64,000 nt of DNA, taken from the NCBI GenBank assembly GCA_002633005.1, contig NMRA01000210.1, forward strand, positions 628,883 to 692,882, read 5' to 3'. Both the position numbers and the translations under genes were made by a program. The first letter of the stretch is position 1. Every line of letters begins with the position of its first letter. Source of the stretch: Phoronis australis. Lineage: Eukaryota; Animalia; Phoronida. This document shows, piece by piece, positions 63,593-64,000 of the stretch. Below the pieces are notes generated by a model. It saw nothing but the letters and a program-made list of their open reading frames with translations, was not told the origin of the DNA and ran no database searches.

Positions 63593-64000
63593 ATGGGCAT
63601 CAACCAGCTGCCGTCTCCACACCCGGTCATCAGCCTCAACTACCTGCTTCACCATCCAGCCTGCCGCCTATCTCTGGTAACAACCCTTTACCTTTGGGCT
63701 TTAATCTTGATGAGATGGTTCGTAACCTTATTGTTACCGACCAGTTCATTGATTTTTACCATGTGCTGCACCCCACGCAATCGTCCTCCTCCGTCCTGTC
63801 AATTAATCCTCAGGATGACCAGCAGGTCATCATTTCCACCCCCAAATCGAAATGCCTTCAAAGCTCCAACGAATGGTTTCATGCCTTCCTAATTTATATG
63901 TCCATTTAAACCACCTCCCATCCGCACCAGGCCCCCCACTTGTGCAAATATGCTCAGACTATTTTGTACTTCATCTCCACCTTCGGATACCACCATGTCA
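63593..64000 (+). mobile_element. DIRS/Ngaro-like tyrosine-recombinase retroelement, gag-like ORF1 fragment (decayed, runs off the window)
   Basis: LGFNLDEMVRNLIVTDQFIDFYHVL..EWFHAFLIYMSI*TTSHPHQAPHLCKYAQTI resembles the I....YIDF..LL / W..AF..Y..I....HP.....L.KY...I pattern; in-frame stop. Confidence 0.6.

Overview
Animal (probably marine invertebrate) genomic DNA from a scaffold, with one N-gap at 37891-38428. It holds two intron-rich host genes on the + strand. (1) The 3' part of a large multi-RGS-domain (RGS22-like) gene, assembled by eye into 17 phase-compatible GT-AG exons from 849 to a stop at 32938 (about 1350 codons; 5' end outside the window). (2) A matrix metalloproteinase (M10A) gene with 5 exons from 48290 to 61850: signal peptide, cysteine switch, furin site, HExxHxxGxxH and Met-turn. 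Introns and intergenic DNA are dense with transposon relics: a Gypsy gag-pol pseudogene, a LINE RT fragment, tRNA-derived SINE heads, a DIRS/Ngaro-like gag fragment, many MITEs and a degenerate TTAGGG tract. The most notable structure is a nested set at 37-58 kb. A TTAA-flanked THAP Kolobok-type element contains both an ISL2EU-type element and a KolX-only Kolobok element. A second, inverted ISL2EU copy in MMP intron 2 itself carries a second KolX-only element. I see no clear new host biological system; the best candidates for novelty are these composite and fold-back transposon architectures. All family calls come from motif recognition without database searches, and identities are eyeball estimates.
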